This document shows positions 18,423 through 28,403 of a DNA stretch of 64,000 nucleotides, piece by piece. A program made the position numbers and the translations under genes. The stretch lies in IMG/VR virus record IMGVR_UViG_3300028361_000018. The stretch is one strand, 5' to 3'. Origin of the DNA: a virus (Duplodnaviria; Heunggongvirae; Uroviricota; Caudoviricetes). Every line of letters starts with the position of its first letter. The first letter of the stretch is position 1. The notes beneath the pieces were generated by a model. The model had not been told where the DNA came from, did no database searches, and saw only the letters and a program-made list of their open reading frames with translations.

Positions 18423-19111
18423 GCGAAATTTGGACGCAGCTAATTAAATGTAAAGATAACTTTATTTCTGCGTTCGACGAGGTTGCTACAGAAATAGAGG
18501 AGCCAGGGTTGTCTGCGTTTAATCAACCAGAAAATGGGTGGATTAATCGAGTCTGGACCAATGACTACATACGAAGAGCACACATCGACGTAGTAGATGC
18601 TCGCGATGCTAAAGGAATCTGGATGATGCACGTCTGCATCTTTCCGCAACTGCACAATGATGCTCCTATCTTTGGATTCGACGTAATTGCCGGCAAGAAT
18701 AAGATTACTGGGGCATTTCACGATTTCTCTAAAAGTGTTAATTTAGATCATCCTATGATACAGCAATATTTCGACAGTGTTGAAGACTTTGTTCCCAAGA
18801 AGCAACGAGAACTACCGGAATGGGCCACTAACATCTTTACTGACAAAATGTTAGCTGCAAGCAATGTAAAGCAAGAAGAAAGTGCAGACATTATTAGTAT
18901 TGTAGAAGACAATTTAAGATTGTACCTTAACAGAATCACGCAGTACAATCACATGTGTGATACTAACGAATGTCTTAAAGCGCAAAACTATTACTGCACC
19001 AACCAGCAAAAAAACCCACACACTCCCGCAGTAATGAAAAGTTTAGGACTTCCTCCCGAAGAAGTAGATATGTTCTGTAAAGATATGTTGTTTCCTAAAG
19101 TTCAGCAATAG
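18419..19111 (+). CDS. ferredoxin-dependent bilin reductase (PebS/PcyA family)
   Basis: 230 aa. IRRAHIDVVDARD...IWMMHVCIFPQLHNDAPIFGFDVIAG matches the conserved FDBR core (h.h.v.fP....aPifG.D). Confidence 0.6.
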   Translation: MSEIWTQLIKCKDNFISAFDEVATEIEEPGLSAFNQPENGWINRVWTNDYIRRAHIDVVDARDAKGIWMMHVCIFPQLHNDAPIFGFDVIAGKNKITGAFHDFSKSVNLDHPMIQQYFDSVEDFVPKKQRELPEWATNIFTDKMLAASNVKQEESADIISIVEDNLRLYLNRITQYNHMCDTNECLKAQNYYCTNQQKNPHTPAVMKSLGLPPEEVDMFCKDMLFPKVQQ

Positions 19112-19228
19112 TTAAAAGCTATTAGTCTTGCATTGTGTATATAAAAATTAATTAAAAAAAATATCTTGCTCTAGTACTGAATCGACGCTATACTAGCGTT
19201 AACGCATAAAAGAAAAAGTGCGTAAATT

Positions 19229-19444
19229 TTGAACCAACAGGAAACACTAATGTCCGATATAACTACCTACAAAGTTAGTGACATCTTTGAAGACGATAAA
19301 AATGATCCCAACAATGTGTTAATGAATATTCCGCCTGAGGTATCACAGCGAATGGGCTGGATTGAAGGTGACGTTCTAAAAGTAAGCGTCGAAGAAGGAC
19401 GTATTGTATTAACCAAAATCGAAGACCAACCTAAAGAGAGCTAA
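19229..19444 (+). CDS. hypothetical protein (71 aa)
   Basis: ORF track. A candidate TTGCTC-N17-TATACT promoter lies upstream. Confidence 0.35.
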   Translation: MNQQETLMSDITTYKVSDIFEDDKNDPNNVLMNIPPEVSQRMGWIEGDVLKVSVEEGRIVLTKIEDQPKES

Positions 19445-19445
19445 A

Positions 19446-19823
19446 ATGCAAAACTGGAAAGCACCCGCACAACAGGCAGTAGACTACTGGAGCACTCAAG
19501 CCACCGACGTACCTAGTATAGTCAACGGGTTTAACGGAACTTGGGCTATTAGTGATTACAAGTTAATACCATCTTCACTAATGGATTTTGTATCAGAAAT
19601 GTTCTTTAGTTCTACTAAGCTTTCACGTGTTCCTATGAGTGACATTAACAAAGTACTAAATGACGCGTGGGACGGTCCTGGATCTATGCCCAAAATTATC
19701 AACCTTACCTATCAAAGTCGTCGAGCTCGACAGCTGGGACGCCTTAACGACGATGATGCGGAACTAACAGGAAACGATGCTTCTTCGATCGCACATGATC
19801 TTATAATGCCAGTTAAGGACTAA
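19446..19823 (+). CDS. hypothetical protein (125 aa)
   Basis: ORF track. Confidence 0.4.
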   Translation: MQNWKAPAQQAVDYWSTQATDVPSIVNGFNGTWAISDYKLIPSSLMDFVSEMFFSSTKLSRVPMSDINKVLNDAWDGPGSMPKIINLTYQSRRARQLGRLNDDDAELTGNDASSIAHDLIMPVKD

Positions 19824-19826
19824 TTA

Positions 19827-20291
19827 ATGTTGGTCATTGTGATAGGTGGTACTGCGTCACAAAAGCAGCGAGTTACTAGCATGGTTGAGTTCTGTGCTCG
19901 GCAACTAGTACCGAGGTTAACGTCTTTAGAAGTTATTGTAAAACTTATATCAATACCAACGGAAGCGCACGGCTATTGTATGGCTTACACTGACAGTCCT
20001 AGATTAGATCGTCCTCGAGACTTCATAATTGAAGTAGACCGAAGAAACAACCTGCGCCTGGTACTAGAAACTGTTGCCCACGAGATGATACATGTAAAAC
20101 AATACGCCCGAGGAGAATTATACTACAGTCCAATTAAACGCAAGTACAGATGGTGTGGAAAATGGATAAACTATAGAATAAGCTATTGGCAACAACCCTG
20201 GGAAAAAGAAGCTTTCAAAAAAGAGAAAGTATTATTGAGCAGCTGGCTTAAAAAAGAAGGGTTGCAAAACAGAAAGTGGGCTATAGAATAA
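19827..20291 (+). CDS. hypothetical protein with HExxH motif (possible zincin-like metallopeptidase)
   Basis: 154 aa with VAHEMIHVKQY. Confidence 0.4.
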   Translation: MLVIVIGGTASQKQRVTSMVEFCARQLVPRLTSLEVIVKLISIPTEAHGYCMAYTDSPRLDRPRDFIIEVDRRNNLRLVLETVAHEMIHVKQYARGELYYSPIKRKYRWCGKWINYRISYWQQPWEKEAFKKEKVLLSSWLKKEGLQNRKWAIE

Positions 20292-20311
20292 TCTAAAAAT
20301 AGGTACAAGGT

Positions 20312-20464
20312 ATGTCTAAACGCGATAAGAGTAAAGCAAAGTTGTTTAGGGCATGGAAACAACACTTGTCAACTAGTCGATTATCACAGACTGCACAAGT
20401 AAAACGGGCCAAAGAATTTACTAGAAAAGGAATGGAAGTTCCTAGCAACATAATTTATTCTTAA
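20312..20464 (+). CDS. small basic hypothetical ORF (50 aa)
   Basis: ATG..TAA ORF in a 180-bp gap, below the 60-aa track cutoff. Weak RBS. Confidence 0.25.
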   Translation: MSKRDKSKAKLFRAWKQHLSTSRLSQTAQVKRAKEFTRKGMEVPSNIIYS

Positions 20465-20475
20465 GGATTGACACT

Positions 20476-20694
20476 ATGACTAAAGAGAAAACTACTGTTA
20501 CTGATAGCTTAGAAGACGATGATTGGGCGTTGATTATTAATTCAAAAGGAGACCTTAAAGGTGTTTATATTCCCCACGAAGCAGATGAGAAAGATGTGCC
20601 TGAGGCTATTGTAGAGATATTAGAACAATATTATAATATCGACTTCTACGACAATGATGATAATACAGATGAACATCCAAAGACAGTACACTAA
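20476..20694 (+). CDS. acidic hypothetical protein (72 aa)
   Basis: ORF track. Confidence 0.35.
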   Translation: MTKEKTTVTDSLEDDDWALIINSKGDLKGVYIPHEADEKDVPEAIVEILEQYYNIDFYDNDDNTDEHPKTVH

Positions 20695-20954
20695 TGAAAG
20701 ATGATACTAAATCACAGTTAGCTCAACTAACAAAAGAAGAAGCTGTCTTTGCTGATAATATTGACTGGACTATGCTCGGAATGACAAAAGAGCAAGCCAT
20801 CGATCTAATGGCAGACAAGGTTATACATCAGCTTACTAGTATTAACGAAGACGATAGAGCAATTGTTGCAATGGCAACCTTGTGTAAGCTGCTAGTAGAG
20901 AATCTAGCATTCCAAGCTATGCTTGAAAACAAAACTAATTCAACGGAGAAGTGA
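20694..20954 (+). CDS. hypothetical protein (86 aa)
   Basis: ORF track. Confidence 0.35.
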   Translation: MKDDTKSQLAQLTKEEAVFADNIDWTMLGMTKEQAIDLMADKVIHQLTSINEDDRAIVAMATLCKLLVENLAFQAMLENKTNSTEK

Positions 20955-21581
20955 ATGAGTAATCTAGTACCTTTCGTAGTGGAAAGAACAAGCAACGGAG
21001 AAAGGGCCCAAGACATTTTCTCGAGATTGTTGCAGGATCGTATTATTATGATCAACGGTGGAATACATACAGAAATGGCGCACTCGATCGTTGCCCAATT
21101 ATTGTTTTTGGAAGCAGACAACCCCGACAAAGAAATCAGTGTTTACATTAATAGCGGTGGTGGAGAAGTAACTGCTGGACTGGCAATTTACGACACTATG
21201 CAATTTATTAAGAGTGACGTGCGCACTATTGTAATGGGACAGGCCTGTAGCATGGGCAGCTTTTTAGCACAAGCAGGCACAGCAGGCAAGCGAGTAGTAC
21301 TACCGGAATCACGTACAATGATACACCGCGTTAGTTCAGGTACACCGGGTACCAAAGGCAGTATCCACGTACAAGAGCTTGAGTTCGAAGACGCTCGACG
21401 TCACTATGAAGAATCTCGTAAGGTCAATAAGCGCCTTACGGAGCTGTATGTTAAACACAACAGCAAAGAAAAAACTTACGATGAACTTTACGAGTTAATG
21501 AAGTTTGATACTTTCTACAATGCACAGGAAGCAGTTGATGCAGGCCTTGCTGACAAAGTAGTGGAGCGCAAAGATGCTTAA
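20955..21581 (+). CDS. clpP: ATP-dependent Clp protease proteolytic subunit
   Basis: 208 aa. RIIMINGGI...[32 protein letters not shown]...V.T...G.A.SMGS (active Ser) ... H catalytic triad pattern. Confidence 0.85.
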   Translation: MSNLVPFVVERTSNGERAQDIFSRLLQDRIIMINGGIHTEMAHSIVAQLLFLEADNPDKEISVYINSGGGEVTAGLAIYDTMQFIKSDVRTIVMGQACSMGSFLAQAGTAGKRVVLPESRTMIHRVSSGTPGTKGSIHVQELEFEDARRHYEESRKVNKRLTELYVKHNSKEKTYDELYELMKFDTFYNAQEAVDAGLADKVVERKDA

Positions 21582-21777
21582 TCGCGCGCCAACGCTTTAT
21601 ACACTAACTGATATTGTAGAAGCAGCAGTTGACCCAGAAGTTCTAAGTGAGCACTCAAGTGGACAATGGGTGCCGGCTAGGCGACTAGGTATGTACGGGC
21701 TGCGGAATAGGCTCAAGCTAGCACTTATGGTATTTACTGGAAAAGCCGACGTAGTAATTTGGCCAGGAGAGCAGTGA
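21574..21777 (+). CDS. hypothetical protein (67 aa)
   Basis: ORF track. Confidence 0.3.
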   Translation: MLNRAPTLYTLTDIVEAAVDPEVLSEHSSGQWVPARRLGMYGLRNRLKLALMVFTGKADVVIWPGEQ

Positions 21778-21810
21778 GCTCTTAACAAGACCCAGCTCTA
21801 GGAGTAATAC

Positions 21811-22296
21811 ATGATCAATATTGAAGTTACCGAAAAAAGCATAAAAGAATTAGTCAACAACAAGGAAGTTAATGTTATTGTTCACGGGTGTAACTGTTTC
21901 CACAAGATGATTGGTCCTGTATCCGATAGTCTCAGACAGCTAACTGACAATAATATATTAGTTGTAGATGTTGACGGCTCTGACTACGGCGACATTAATA
22001 AGTTAGGAACATGGACTAGCGGCGGCTATGAGTTTGCTGGTCACGCAGTAGACATAGTTAATCTCTACTGCTCGTATACCTACCCGGCTGCCGGATGCGA
22101 TGCTATACACTGGGCAAGTGTAAACGATGCTTTGGTTGAGATTATTTCAAAGGTCGAAAGCGGTCATGTAATGGGAATTGAACACATTGGCTTTAACTCA
22201 CTAGACAAAACTGAATTTATGAGTGTACTTGATGACATTGCAGACCGATACGACAACGAACTACCAGATGTTAACATAGTAGTGTTTGAAAAATGA
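21811..22296 (+). CDS. macro-domain-like protein (paralog of the 34889 ORF)
   Basis: 161 aa. VNVIVHGCNCFHKM matches IIVHGCSCQNRM of the 34889 ORF and the hCxxxCxMG.GIA N-terminal motif of TARG1/Poa1p-type macro domains. Confidence 0.4.
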   Translation: MINIEVTEKSIKELVNNKEVNVIVHGCNCFHKMIGPVSDSLRQLTDNNILVVDVDGSDYGDINKLGTWTSGGYEFAGHAVDIVNLYCSYTYPAAGCDAIHWASVNDALVEIISKVESGHVMGIEHIGFNSLDKTEFMSVLDDIADRYDNELPDVNIVVFEK

Positions 22297-22508
22297 CAGA
22301 AAAACTTAAACTGTGCGTATGTGGCAAAGACAACAATACTGAACTAGACAGAATAGACAGTGTGTATCCGTTAAACAGAGAACGCACTGAGTGGAATGTA
22401 TGCTGTCAAATACATAACTGTGGGTGTGGCAGGACAGTATACGGCAGCAGCGCCGACCAAGCAATTAGTCGATGGAACAGCGGCGTTACTGACGAATACA
22501 TAAGTTAA
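22293..22508 (+). CDS. Cys-rich hypothetical protein (71 aa)
   Basis: ORF track. CVCGK...CCQIHNCGCG. Confidence 0.3.
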   Translation: MTEKLKLCVCGKDNNTELDRIDSVYPLNRERTEWNVCCQIHNCGCGRTVYGSSADQAISRWNSGVTDEYIS

Positions 22509-22521
22509 CAGGACAACACAA

Positions 22522-22833
22522 ATGAAAACACCAAGCGAACTAGAAGCTGCTAACCTAGCATTAACTGTGGCACTAAACGAGGCTATCATAGAATATCAAG
22601 ATACCTTAATATACAAGAGTGAGTATCTCACTGAGAAACATGGTGACTGGGAGACCGTTGCTGAGCTAAAGAAGATACTAGAAGTACACCGAACAAAAGG
22701 TGCAGACATACTCAAAGAGATCCAGGCGCAGACTATCGAAGACCTAAGGTTTCCGGCAGATTTGCGTAAAATGTGGAGTGGAACGGAGATAAAAGAATGG
22801 CTCAAAGACCAAGCACACAACAAGAGGACGTAA
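22522..22833 (+). CDS. hypothetical protein (103 aa)
   Basis: ORF track. Confidence 0.35.
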   Translation: MKTPSELEAANLALTVALNEAIIEYQDTLIYKSEYLTEKHGDWETVAELKKILEVHRTKGADILKEIQAQTIEDLRFPADLRKMWSGTEIKEWLKDQAHNKRT

Positions 22834-23147
22834 TCCGCAATAAGCTAGTGGAGTTTGCTGAAGAGATGCTGCCTCTAGATGCTGAATTTGCGCAAGTGCT
22901 ACGCGACAACCTATGGGACTTGTATATGTTGTCTACACTTACAGAAATTAGTCGAGACATTCCTGACTACATTTATAAAGAGGATATAATCACATTACAA
23001 GATTGGAAGTTATTACAAGAATCAAATGACTTTACCTTCGACGACGGCGATGCATGCTACGGAACAGAAAGTCGAGTTTCTGATATCTGTGCTTTTATCT
23101 CCGATCCTCCAAACTGGGCAACTCACGTGATACTTTTCGGAAAATAA
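22797..23147 (+). CDS. hypothetical protein
   Basis: ORF 22773-23147 in the track. Likely start is the ATG at 22797, preceded by GGAG. Confidence 0.35.
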   Translation: MAQRPSTQQEDVIRNKLVEFAEEMLPLDAEFAQVLRDNLWDLYMLSTLTEISRDIPDYIYKEDIITLQDWKLLQESNDFTFDDGDACYGTESRVSDICAFISDPPNWATHVILFGK

Positions 23148-23150
23148 TAG

Positions 23151-23179
23151 TTGACAATGCCCTACTATGGCCGTACACT
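23151..23179 (+). promoter_or_regulatory. sigma70-like promoter TTGACA-N17-TACACT
   Basis: TTGACA 23151-23156, TACACT 23174-23179. Confidence 0.4.
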
Positions 23180-23528
23180 GTAGATAACATAAACTAACTT
23201 ACGAGCATAAAATATGGTATTTAACCCAGCAATGTTAGGCTCACTGAGCAACAGTGAACTGGCTATCGAGGCCCAGCGTACAGAGAACCTTGATGCTAAC
23301 ACAGTAGCAGAACTAGTCAAGTGATTCGTTGAGATGCTAGATAACGGTACTATACAAGAACACTACGACGAAGATACTCGCGAAGGTCGAAGGAACCACG
23401 ACGAAGACGAAAACGACGACCTGCGTGAAGCAATTCGAGAAGCAATATCTGTGCTATAGGGGGTGTAACACGCCCCCTAGAGATGCACGACTTTTCTATA
23501 TAAATAATAGAACCAGACAGGATCTATT

Positions 23529-25265
23529 ATGAGATATACCGAGTTTAAGTTAAACGAGGGCTTTAAAGAAGTACAACAAAAATTTAGCCAAGAGGCAGAT
23601 CCTACAGAAGTAGCATCTGCCTTCGACGTGTTCAAAAAGCTAGTAAATGCAAATCGTATATCTGGTCAAGAACGCAATATTGATTGGTGGGGCAAACAGG
23701 GGTGGTCTGCATTTGCTGAGTACGTGACAGCCATAGACGAGAGGCCCAGTTCTTCAGAACAAGACAAGCGCACAAAGAAAGGCGAAAGTCACGTATTAGA
23801 AGATTCTAGTCAGTGGTTGATTGTAGTGCCACTAGACAAAGATGCCAGTTGTTTCCATGGTAAGAAAAGCGATTGGTGTACAACCAAACCCACTCGATCA
23901 CATTTCGAACAATACTTTCGTGACAGTAGTATTACGCTAATTTATTTCTTCCGTCAGTTAGATGGAGCCATGTGGGCCATGGCTGTTAGCCCAAATAAAA
24001 GATCAGAATACTTTGATCAACAAGATGAATCGTTGTCGTCTGCTCAATTTAATAAGCAAACAGGCCTAAACAGCAACAAGTACATCGAAATGGTTGGTGG
24101 CAAGACAGAAGTTGGTCAAAAAGCCACTGCTAGTCGAGACGTGATGAAAGCTGACTTGAAGACTCTTCAAGGTTACATTGGAAAGCTGAGACGGATGGGG
24201 AGCCCGCGACGAAGTGCAAAAATTGAAACACTGATGCTGGTTGTTAAAGATCCGACGTCAATAGAAGAATATTTCTATATACTGCATGAAGTCGACGGGC
24301 CGGTAGAAGTAGATCAGCAAGTACAAACTTTAGTTGCTAACTCTGCTGAAGATGCTATCAAATATCTACAAAATGTTAGTGTAAAGACAGTTAAAGTACT
24401 AGAAAGAAACCTACCTCCTAATCAATCAATGAGCAATATGCTACACCCTACTGAACAAGCACTTGCTTATATAGCTAGTAAAGGAGCATTGGCTGCTGCG
24501 TATGCACGTCGAATAATAAAAGGTCCGTGGCCCGAAGCCGAAGCTGCTATTGCGGAAGACGGCCTAGGAGCAGCAATTTATGCACTGGATGTCATTAACA
24601 AAGACAAAGAACAACCAGTTAGGTGGCCACCAGGTGAGGCAGCTATTGCACAAAGCCCTAGAGGATCATTAATATACGCACGTGATGTACTTAACAAGCC
24701 ATGGCCGCCAGGTGAAGCTGCTATTGCAAAAGATGCCGAAACATCTCTAGAATATGCTCGCGAGATAATTAAAGGCAAGTGGCCAGCAGGTGAGGAGACT
24801 ATTGCACAAGACCCTTCTACATCCAGTAGGTATGCTATTGAAGTGCTTAATCAAGGAAAAAATAAAAAAGAAAGATGGCTTCCTGGTGAAGATGCTATTG
24901 CTACTGAATCATTTGCGGCTTATCAGTACGCAAGAATGGTAATAAGAGGACGTTGGAAACCCGGTGAAGATGCTATTGCGCTGGATGGGTACAACGCTGC
25001 AATGTATGCTACTGAAATATTAGAACGTGAGTGGCCAGCAGCCGAATCTGTTATTTCTCAGGACGCTTACGGTGCATTAGTATACGCTCGCGGAATAATC
25101 GAAGGAGAATGGCCCGAAGGAGAAGCTGCTATGGCAACTTTATCTGATGCAGCATACGAGTATGCCATAGACGTACTAGAAGATCAATTCCTAGAAGGTG
25201 AAGATGCAATACGTGCCGACACGTTCTTATGGCCGAAGTATAAACGACGGTTTGGCATCGGTTAA
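23529..25265 (+). CDS. paralogous repeat-family protein 2 (N-domain + ~10 x 26-aa repeats)
   Basis: 578 aa. Same N-domain as the 9789 ORF. C-terminal half is tandem WP(P/E)GEAAIA..D...AY.YAR..I.G units. Ends ...YKRRFGIG like the 27067 ORF. Confidence 0.65.
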   Translation: MRYTEFKLNEGFKEVQQKFSQEADPTEVASAFDVFKKLVNANRISGQERNIDWWGKQGWSAFAEYVTAIDERPSSSEQDKRTKKGESHVLEDSSQWLIVVPLDKDASCFHGKKSDWCTTKPTRSHFEQYFRDSSITLIYFFRQLDGAMWAMAVSPNKRSEYFDQQDESLSSAQFNKQTGLNSNKYIEMVGGKTEVGQKATASRDVMKADLKTLQGYIGKLRRMGSPRRSAKIETLMLVVKDPTSIEEYFYILHEVDGPVEVDQQVQTLVANSAEDAIKYLQNVSVKTVKVLERNLPPNQSMSNMLHPTEQALAYIASKGALAAAYARRIIKGPWPEAEAAIAEDGLGAAIYALDVINKDKEQPVRWPPGEAAIAQSPRGSLIYARDVLNKPWPPGEAAIAKDAETSLEYAREIIKGKWPAGEETIAQDPSTSSRYAIEVLNQGKNKKERWLPGEDAIATESFAAYQYARMVIRGRWKPGEDAIALDGYNAAMYATEILEREWPAAESVISQDAYGALVYARGIIEGEWPEGEAAMATLSDAAYEYAIDVLEDQFLEGEDAIRADTFLWPKYKRRFGIG

Positions 25266-25291
25266 TAGGAATACAAAAATAAAGGACCATT

Positions 25292-27055
25292 ATGAGATAT
25301 CAAGAGTTTAAGCTAAACGAGGGATACAAGGAAGTACAACAGAAGTTCAGTCAAGAAGCAGATCCTACTGAAGTAGCAAGTGCTTTTGACGTGTTCAAAA
25401 AACTAGTAAGTGCTAATCGCATCAAAGGCAACGAACGCAATATTGATTGGTGGGGCAAACAGGGGTGGCCTGCGTTTATTGAATACGTGACCGCCATTGA
25501 TGAACGACCTAGCGAGGCCGAACAAAAAGCTCGAAAAGGCAAAGGTGAAAGTCATGTACTAGAAGAAACTGCCGAGTGGTTTATTGTCGTCCCACTGGAC
25601 AAGGACGCCAGTTGCTTTCACGGTAAAAAAAGCGATTGGTGCACAACTAAGCCAACACAAGGCCATTTCGAATCTTACTTTCGCGACTATGACGTTACAC
25701 TGATCTACTTCTTTCGTCAGTCAGATGGAGCCATGTGGGCTATGGCAGTTTATCCCAATAAAAAAGCAGAGTATTTTGATCAGCAGGATGATTCGCTTGA
25801 TGATGAAGAATTCGAGAAGCAAACAGGTCTGGATCCCAACAAATACACCGAGCTAGTTGGCGGTAAAACTGATGTTGGACAAAAGGCCACTATTAATCGA
25901 GACATCATGAAGACCGACTTTAACACCTTAACAGGTTACATTAAAAAATTAGAACAAATGAGTAACCCACGCCGAAGTGCAAAGATTGAAACCTTACTGT
26001 TGAAAGTTAAAGACTCTAGACTAATAAAAGATTATTTAAGGACACTATATAATTATAGCGGACCAGTGGAGGTAGATCAACAACTACAAAGTCTAGTTGC
26101 TGGCGGTGATGGGGCGGTTGGTATTAGATTTTTGAACAATGTTAGTGTAAAGACAGTTAAAATACTAGGAAGGCAAGAAGATCTCAGGCATATGATGAAA
26201 AACTTGCGGCACCCTTCTAAAGAAGCGATGGAATACATTACCGACACAGGTAGACTAGCAGTCGCATACGCAAGATATGTGATCGAGGGTCAGTGGCCTC
26301 TAGGCGAAGCTGCTATTGCCGCAGATGCACAATCAGCGTTCAGCTATGCTAGAGAAGTAATCAACGACGGTGGTGGGCCTTGGGACGAGAAAGTTAGGTG
26401 GCCGCCCGGCGAAGCTGCTATTGCCACAAATGCAGAAGCAGCCTATATGTATGCTGACCAGATAATTAAAGGCCCCTGGCCCCCGGGAGAAGCTGCTATT
26501 GTTACCGATACACAATCAGCCTATAGATATGCCAGCGCAGTAATCAACAGAAGTACCTTTGGCAACGATCGTGTTAGGTGGCCGCCTGGTGAAGCTGCTA
26601 TTGCACAAGACGCATATACTTCTATTGACTACGCAAGAAATGTCGTAAGAGGCAGATGGCCACAAGGTGAGGCTGCTATTGCCTCAGATGCAGATACGGC
26701 CTATAAGTATGCTCGCGAGATAATTAAAGGAAGGTTTCCAGAAGGAGAAGCTGCTATTGCCCAAGATGCCGAAACAGCTTATAAATATGCTGACCTGATA
26801 ATTAAAGGAAGGTTTCCAGAAGGTGAAGCTGCTATTCTTACAGACGCATATACTTCTATTGACTACGCAAGAAATGTCATAAGAGGCAGATGGCCACAAG
26901 GTGAGGCTGTTATTGCCGCAGAGGCTGCAACTGCGTATGCCTATGCAAAGGATGTGATAAAAGGCAAATGGCCTCCAGGTGAAGCTGCTATTGATAAAGA
27001 TTATGATTTTAGAAGGGCGTATTCAAGCTTTTTAAATCCGATTCGTAACAATTAA
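25292..27055 (+). CDS. paralogous repeat-family protein 3 (N-domain + ~10 x 26-aa repeats)
   Basis: 587 aa. Repeats are nearly perfect, e.g. RWPQGEAAIASDADTAYKYAREIIKG / RFPEGEAAIAQDAETAYKYADLIIKG. 78-bp periodicity is visible in the DNA (gaagctgctattgc recurs). Confidence 0.65.
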   Translation: MRYQEFKLNEGYKEVQQKFSQEADPTEVASAFDVFKKLVSANRIKGNERNIDWWGKQGWPAFIEYVTAIDERPSEAEQKARKGKGESHVLEETAEWFIVVPLDKDASCFHGKKSDWCTTKPTQGHFESYFRDYDVTLIYFFRQSDGAMWAMAVYPNKKAEYFDQQDDSLDDEEFEKQTGLDPNKYTELVGGKTDVGQKATINRDIMKTDFNTLTGYIKKLEQMSNPRRSAKIETLLLKVKDSRLIKDYLRTLYNYSGPVEVDQQLQSLVAGGDGAVGIRFLNNVSVKTVKILGRQEDLRHMMKNLRHPSKEAMEYITDTGRLAVAYARYVIEGQWPLGEAAIAADAQSAFSYAREVINDGGGPWDEKVRWPPGEAAIATNAEAAYMYADQIIKGPWPPGEAAIVTDTQSAYRYASAVINRSTFGNDRVRWPPGEAAIAQDAYTSIDYARNVVRGRWPQGEAAIASDADTAYKYAREIIKGRFPEGEAAIAQDAETAYKYADLIIKGRFPEGEAAILTDAYTSIDYARNVIRGRWPQGEAVIAAEAATAYAYAKDVIKGKWPPGEAAIDKDYDFRRAYSSFLNPIRNN

Positions 27056-27066
27056 CAGGATCTATT

Positions 27067-28377
27067 ATGAGATATAACGAATTTAAACTAAACGAGGGCT
27101 TCAAGGAAGTACAACTGAAGTTTAGTCAGGAAGCAGATCCTACTGAGGTAGCGTCTGCTTTCGACGTGTTCAAAAAGTTGGTCAGTGACAATCGCATCTC
27201 AGGCCAAGAACGAAATATTGATTGGTGGGGCAAACAGGGGTGGTCCGCATTTAGTGAGTACGTGACTGCAATTGATGAAAGACCTAGTTCTTCTGAACAA
27301 AAGATGCGAAAAAACAAAGGCACGAGTCACGTAATAGAGGAATCTGCTGACTGGTTCATTGTAGTGCCACTAGACAAAGACGCCAGTTGTTTCTACGGCA
27401 AAAAAAGTAGCTGGTGTACCACCAAGCCAACGCAAGCACACTTCGAATCGTACTTCCGTGGCAAAGCTATTACACTGATCTATTTCTTCCGTCAGTCAGA
27501 TGGCGCCATGTGGGCTATGGCTGTTGCTCCAAATAAAGGAGCAGAATACTTTAATCAAAAAGACCAATCGCTTGATGTAATTGAATTCAACAAGCAGACA
27601 GGTCTAGACAGCAACAAGTACATTGAGATGGTAGGCGGTAAAACAGAGATAGGTAAAAAAACTGCTGCTAGTCGTAAAGAAATGCGAGCTAGTTTAAAAA
27701 ATCTAAAGGACTTTCTTAAAAAATTAGAACAAATGGATGCTCCGCAACGAAGTGCAAAAATAGAAACAATGATGTTACAGGTTAAGGATCCAAGATTAAT
27801 AGAAGAATATTTTAAAATATTACACAAGCAAAGTGGGCCAGTGGAAATAGATCAACAACTGCAAACTCTTGTTGCTAATATTTCTACTGATGCTGTTAGA
27901 TATTTACAAGACGTTAGTATAAAGACAGTTAAAATAATGGAAAGAAATGCTACGCCTGGTGAAGTAATAAATAATGTCCGAAATCCTACTAAACAAGTAC
28001 TTGCTTATATAGCTAGTAGAGGAGCATTGGCTGTTGCTTATGCTGCTATAGTAATAAAGGGTAGATGGCCTCTGGGCGAAGTTGTAATTGCACAAGATGG
28101 TTATTATGCAGCGTTATACGCCCGAGATATATTAAAACGCGAGTGGCCCGAAGCCGAATCTGCTATTGCCAACAATAGCTCCGGTTCATTTATGTATGCA
28201 CATGCAGTACTCAACAAAGCATGGCCTCCTGGAGAAGCTGCAATTGCCACGCACACTAATTACTCTTTTCGATATGCTACAGAAGTACTAGAAGATCGAT
28301 TTTTAAAAGGAGAGAATGCAATACGTAAAGCACAATCGGCGTGGAATGCATACAAAAAACGGTTTGGCATCGGTTAA
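27067..28377 (+). CDS. paralogous repeat-family protein 4 (N-domain + ~5 repeats)
   Basis: 436 aa. Same N-domain. C-terminus ...AYKKRFGIG. Confidence 0.65.
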   Translation: MRYNEFKLNEGFKEVQLKFSQEADPTEVASAFDVFKKLVSDNRISGQERNIDWWGKQGWSAFSEYVTAIDERPSSSEQKMRKNKGTSHVIEESADWFIVVPLDKDASCFYGKKSSWCTTKPTQAHFESYFRGKAITLIYFFRQSDGAMWAMAVAPNKGAEYFNQKDQSLDVIEFNKQTGLDSNKYIEMVGGKTEIGKKTAASRKEMRASLKNLKDFLKKLEQMDAPQRSAKIETMMLQVKDPRLIEEYFKILHKQSGPVEIDQQLQTLVANISTDAVRYLQDVSIKTVKIMERNATPGEVINNVRNPTKQVLAYIASRGALAVAYAAIVIKGRWPLGEVVIAQDGYYAALYARDILKREWPEAESAIANNSSGSFMYAHAVLNKAWPPGEAAIATHTNYSFRYATEVLEDRFLKGENAIRKAQSAWNAYKKRFGIG

Positions 28378-28403
28378 TAGGCATACAAAAATAAAGGACC
28401 AGT

